A stretch of 7,794 nucleotides of DNA from Selaginella moellendorffii (Eukaryota > Plantae > Lycopodiophyta): contig NW_003314654.1 in the NCBI RefSeq assembly GCF_000143415.4, forward strand, positions 1-7,794. The letters run 5' to 3'. A model generated the notes under the pieces. That model worked only from the letters and a program-made list of their open reading frames with translations. It ran no database searches and was not told the DNA's origin. Positions 7,586-7,794 of this stretch are shown one piece after another. Both the position numbers and the translations under genes were made by a program. Numbering within the stretch: position 1 is the first letter of the stretch; every line of letters begins with the position of its first letter.

Positions 7586-7783
7586 AGCTAATTAGCATGG
7601 GTTAGCTAGGTCGACCAGGCATAGGGCACTACGCCCGACTCCCCGTAGGGATGTCAAATCCATAGAAATATTCTACGGAGGTTGGGTTCAAGTCCCAACC
7701 CCCTAGTAAAGCAAGGCTGGGTTCAAGTCCCGACCCTATACTAGGGCGTGGTGAGGTGAGGAGTGTAGGGACACCTATACTCC
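7586..7783 (+). other. Structured 3' UTR: hairpin array including two tRNA T-arm-like stem-loops
   Basis: Hand-paired stems: 7586-93/7600-07, 7627-36/7744-53, 7637-43/7648-55, 7659-67/7671-79, 7680-86/7694-7700, 7701-08/7739-46, 7715-21/7729-35, 7760-69/7774-83. GGGTTCAAGTCCC occurs twice. Confidence 0.7.
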
Positions 7784-7794
7784 GTTGTCATGGC

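Larger units (their letters stand above)
2398..7794 (+). mobile_element. Ty3/Gypsy (Metaviridae) chromovirus LTR retrotransposon, Galadriel-like; degenerate copy, 3' end beyond the window
   Basis: Order is LTR-PBS-gag-RT-RNaseH-IN-chromodomain, and RT-RH-IN order defines Ty3/Gypsy. GC content rises abruptly near 2400 relative to the AT-rich flank. The Galadriel-like call rests on recalled similarity of RT ([45 protein letters not shown]) and Gag (FKGVNDYKVVEDWFYDMEDYF), not on a phylogeny. Confidence 0.96.

Noticed and set aside
7627-7753. Bona fide tRNA gene or hammerhead ribozyme
   Set aside because: Arm lengths do not fit a tRNA (no 7-nt anticodon loop, no D-loop consensus, duplicated T-arm), and no CTGATGA...GAAA hammerhead core is present.
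7525-7794. 3' LTR or PPT inside the window
   Set aside because: There is no match to the LTR start TGTAAGGAACCG and no purine tract abutting it; the element continues past the window.

Overview
Bases 1-2397 are AT-rich host DNA with no confidently identifiable gene. From 2398 to the end of the window there is a + strand Ty3/Gypsy chromovirus LTR retrotransposon, most like the Galadriel lineage and probably from a plant. It has a 5' LTR (TGTAAG...CTTACA, 2398-3225), a plant initiator-Met-tRNA-type PBS, gag, and pol (RT, RNase H, integrase, C-terminal chromodomain). The copy is decayed: it has several transition-type premature stops and no protease. The PPT and 3' LTR lie beyond the window. The main surprise is that the integrase is split by two short GT-AG spliceosomal-type introns (6626-6672, 47 nt; 7091-7142, 52 nt). 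Removing them exactly restores the D-35-E catalytic spacing and the KLxxRFxGPY motif. A third candidate intron (3186-3251) would excise the U5 end and the PBS, which suggests spliced mRNA makes integrase but cannot be reverse-transcribed, so only intron-retaining RNA is propagated. The 3' UTR folds into a dense multi-hairpin structure with two tRNA T-arm/B-box-like loops.
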